Shown here: positions 61,392 to 64,000 of the stretch, one piece after another
Position numbering within the stretch: position 1 is the first letter of the stretch
Layout of the letters: each line of letters begins with the position of its first letter
Assembly: GCF_018977255.1 (NCBI RefSeq)
Contig: NW_024704742.1
Location: 107,448,001-107,512,000, forward strand
From: Callorhinchus milii
Lineage: Eukaryota
Direction of reading: 5' to 3'
Length of the DNA stretch: 64,000 nt
Notes under the pieces: generated by a model
What the model saw: only the letters and a program-made list of their open reading frames with translations
Told to the model about the DNA's origin: nothing
Databases searched by the model: none
Made by a program: the position numbers and the translations under genes

Positions 61392-62286
61392 GACATCATC
61401 CGCAGACATGGGGTTAACTTCCACATGTATGCGGATGATACCCAACTCTACCTTTCCTCCTCTACCCTCAACTCCACGACCACCGATGTCCTGACAGCCT
61501 GTCTGTCCGACATCGAGTCCTGGACGAGAGACAACTTTCTTCAGCTCAACGTGCGTAAAACTGAGGCCCTCCTGATTGGCTCACATCAGCGCCTCCGCAC
61601 CTCAGGCGCCGACACCATCAGCATCCAAGGCTGCACTCTCCACCTCTCAAAGCCAGTCAGGAACCTTGGTGTTCTGTTCGACCCTGAGCTGTCCTTTCTC
61701 CCTCATATCCGCACCACAACTGGCACCGCCTTCCATCACCTCCGGAATATCGCCAGACTACGGCACTACCTCACCCCTCACGCTGCTGAAACTCTGGTCC
61801 ACGCCTTTATCACCTCAAGGCTGGACTATGGGAACTCTCTCCTCCCGGCCTTCCCGGCACCTCCCTCCACAAGCTGCAGGTCATTCAGAACTCTGCAGCT
61901 CGTGTACTGTCCCGCACCAGGCTTCGGGACCACATCACTCCCACCCTCGCTCGCCTCCACTGGCTCCGGTCTGCTCCACATCCCCCGCCCCAACCGCCCT
62001 ACCATCGGTGGTCGGGCCTTCAGCCTCTCAGCCCCGAGGCTCTGGAACTCTATCCCCCAGTGCCTTCGCCGCCTCCTCCCTTTCCTCCTTCAAGGCCGGT
62101 CTCAAGACCTTTCTCTTTGACCGTGCCTTCAGCTCCCCTCTCGACTTTCTACCCCCTCCTCGCTTCCTCCCCTCACCCTGACCATTTCCCCCCTGCTCGG
62201 GTCCTGACCCAACTGTGCAGCGCCTTGGGACGTCCTCCCGACGTGAGAGGCGCTCTATAAATGGAATCTTGTTGTTGTTGTTGTTG
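61392..62286 (+). mobile_element. Young L2, 5'-truncated, TSD TAGAT, 131-bp internal deletion
   Basis: [12 protein letters not shown]... nearly identical to the intact ORF; TAGAT at 61387-61391 and 62287-62291. Confidence 0.94.
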
Positions 62287-63262
62287 TAGATACTACCACC
62301 ATTAATTAAGTGGATCACATTACCTCAATGCTCTCATTCTTGTGCTTCTTTTTCACATACATTTGTTTAGTTTATGTAAAAAACAATAACAGCAACTTGT
62401 ATTTATATAGTGCCCTTCATGTATGGTAATGTTGCATGAATTTAAAACATAATATTCTTTCTTTAGTTGTATAGGTCTTTGCCTGTTTTGGGAACCTTGC
62501 TGTGTGCAAATTGGCTGCCTTGTTTCCTGACATGAAAGATGCTGTATCAACTGTAAGGATTATTATTATTGTTATTATTATTTTTATCATCATTGATAGA
62601 GACACTGGAGAATAATTTCCAGTGCTCTAACAAAGATCAAAGAGCTATAGAAAAGGTCTGTGCTGTCTTGAAGCAGAGAATGAGAGGTACATAAGCAGGT
62701 TCATAGAGTCGAATCTCTGTATGGTTTTATTCCACCAGTAAAGTGGACGTTGAGATTTATTGAAAGGACCAGCTATTTGACACTGATAAAGAAAGGTGCC
62801 ATGAGCTAATTTCTCTTGTCGTGAAGCCCACTGACAGTATTAAGAACAGCAGCAAACATAAGTGTTTCACCAGTGCTCCCAGCACCTCATCTTTAACATG
62901 TCTGTAGGAAGCTGGTCGTGAAGGAAATTGAAACATCTGCTTCATCTGAGCTAAAATAGAAACTTTTTAAAGCCCAGCAATTCACATTGAATGAACAAAC
63001 AAAACTTGTCAATGCAGCTTATTTTATTATTTACCATGTGAACAGAAATAGATTTAAAATTAAAAAGCCTCAAGGGAGAGTAGAAATCAGATAAGGTTTG
63101 TGGGCCCCCACACACACAGAGCTGTGAATGTGAGGAACAGACCTCCAAGAAAAGCAATTGGTATGGTGATTAACTCCCTTAAAAAGAGAACTTGATAATT
63201 CTCTGCTTGATCACAGAACTGGATAAATCTCTGGTGGAAAACAGAATAGGACAAGATAGAGA

Positions 63263-63575
63263 TATAATCCTTACATTTGATATAGTGCCTTTCACATCAG
63301 AGGCTGTCTCAAAGCACTTCACAGGATTTACTGTGAAGTGTCTGTGTATTTGTAGGTGAGTGTGGTAGCCCAATTGTTCACACCAATATCCTAGAAAAAG
63401 CGATGAAATGACTAATTTTCTTTAGGGGATTGATTGTTATGCAGGACAGCGGGAGAAACTTCCTTCTCTTTTCAAGTGATATCATGGGATCTTTATCATC
63501 CACCTGAACAAACAGACATGATTCTGGTTTAATGTTTCATCTGAAGACATTAAACCTCTGACAATGCAAGTCCCC
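63263..63575 (-). mobile_element. Degenerate DeuSINE
   Basis: gttcaggtggatgataaagatcccatgatatcacttgaaaagagaaggaag on the minus strand, plus the tail. Confidence 0.7.
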
Positions 63576-63672
63576 GCTTGAATCCACAACCTTCTGTCTC
63601 AGAGACGAGAATTCTACCAATTGAGATGCCAAATGTTCCACAGAACACAGAATTGGGGAAGGCAAAGGGATA

Positions 63673-64000
63673 TGCATCAAGTTTCTCATATATATATGTA
63701 TATATTATTGATGCTTTCTACTACAACCACAACTTCTGGCAGTTTCAGCACCTTCTACATAAAGATGTTCTTCCTAAATTGCCTATTAGATCTGCCATTG
63801 TTTATATTTATATCCCTTTGTTTTGGACTCAATGGAAATTGGAAACGGCAAATTAATGTCTGCCTTATCAACGTAATCCTTTCATAATTTTAAACACAGT
63901 GTTTGATGATGACTGGGATAACAAGCAATCAAACGGTCTTCCTTTAACTAAAATTGAAATGACGACAAAGGAAAAAAAGAAGACTTATCTTCATTGGTAG
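63673..64000 (+). repeat. Duplicated block, copy 2 (runs off the window end)
   Basis: Colinear with 26803-27136. Confidence 0.85.

Overview
Vertebrate genomic DNA, most likely a cartilaginous fish (inferred from its repeats: DeuSINE/SacSINE1-like SINEs, abundant L2 and CR1 LINEs, and a Penelope-type palindromic element). There is one recognisable host gene piece: the first coding exon of FAM174A on the minus strand (ATG at 2448, splice donor at 2071), with its CpG-island promoter at about 2450-2720. The rest of the gene lies left of the window. The remaining ~61 kb is upstream intergenic DNA with no recognisable host exon and is dominated by transposable elements. These include one apparently intact ~3.45 kb L2 LINE (endonuclease plus RT, stop-free for ~1,088 codons), six young truncated sister copies, many older L2 and CR1 fragments, a young tRNA-Ala-headed SINE sharing its 3' stem-loop with L2, older DeuSINEs, two hAT MITEs with 8-bp TSDs, a Harbinger-like MITE, a probable non-autonomous Helitron tandem, a possible solo LTR and an unclassified 3-copy repeat. 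Most ORFs in the supplied track are TE-derived or chance ORFs. I found no evidence of a novel multi-gene system. The best leads are the recently active L2/SINE partnership (TA-starting TSDs, an L2-SINE chimera), the FAM174A regulatory layout (perfect CLEAR and CRE palindromes, a Met-Glu-stop uORF, an intronic near-perfect hairpin and a multi-frame-open intronic repeat), and several rearrangement scars. All family names come from recalled consensus features, not database searches. Boundaries of old repeats are approximate.
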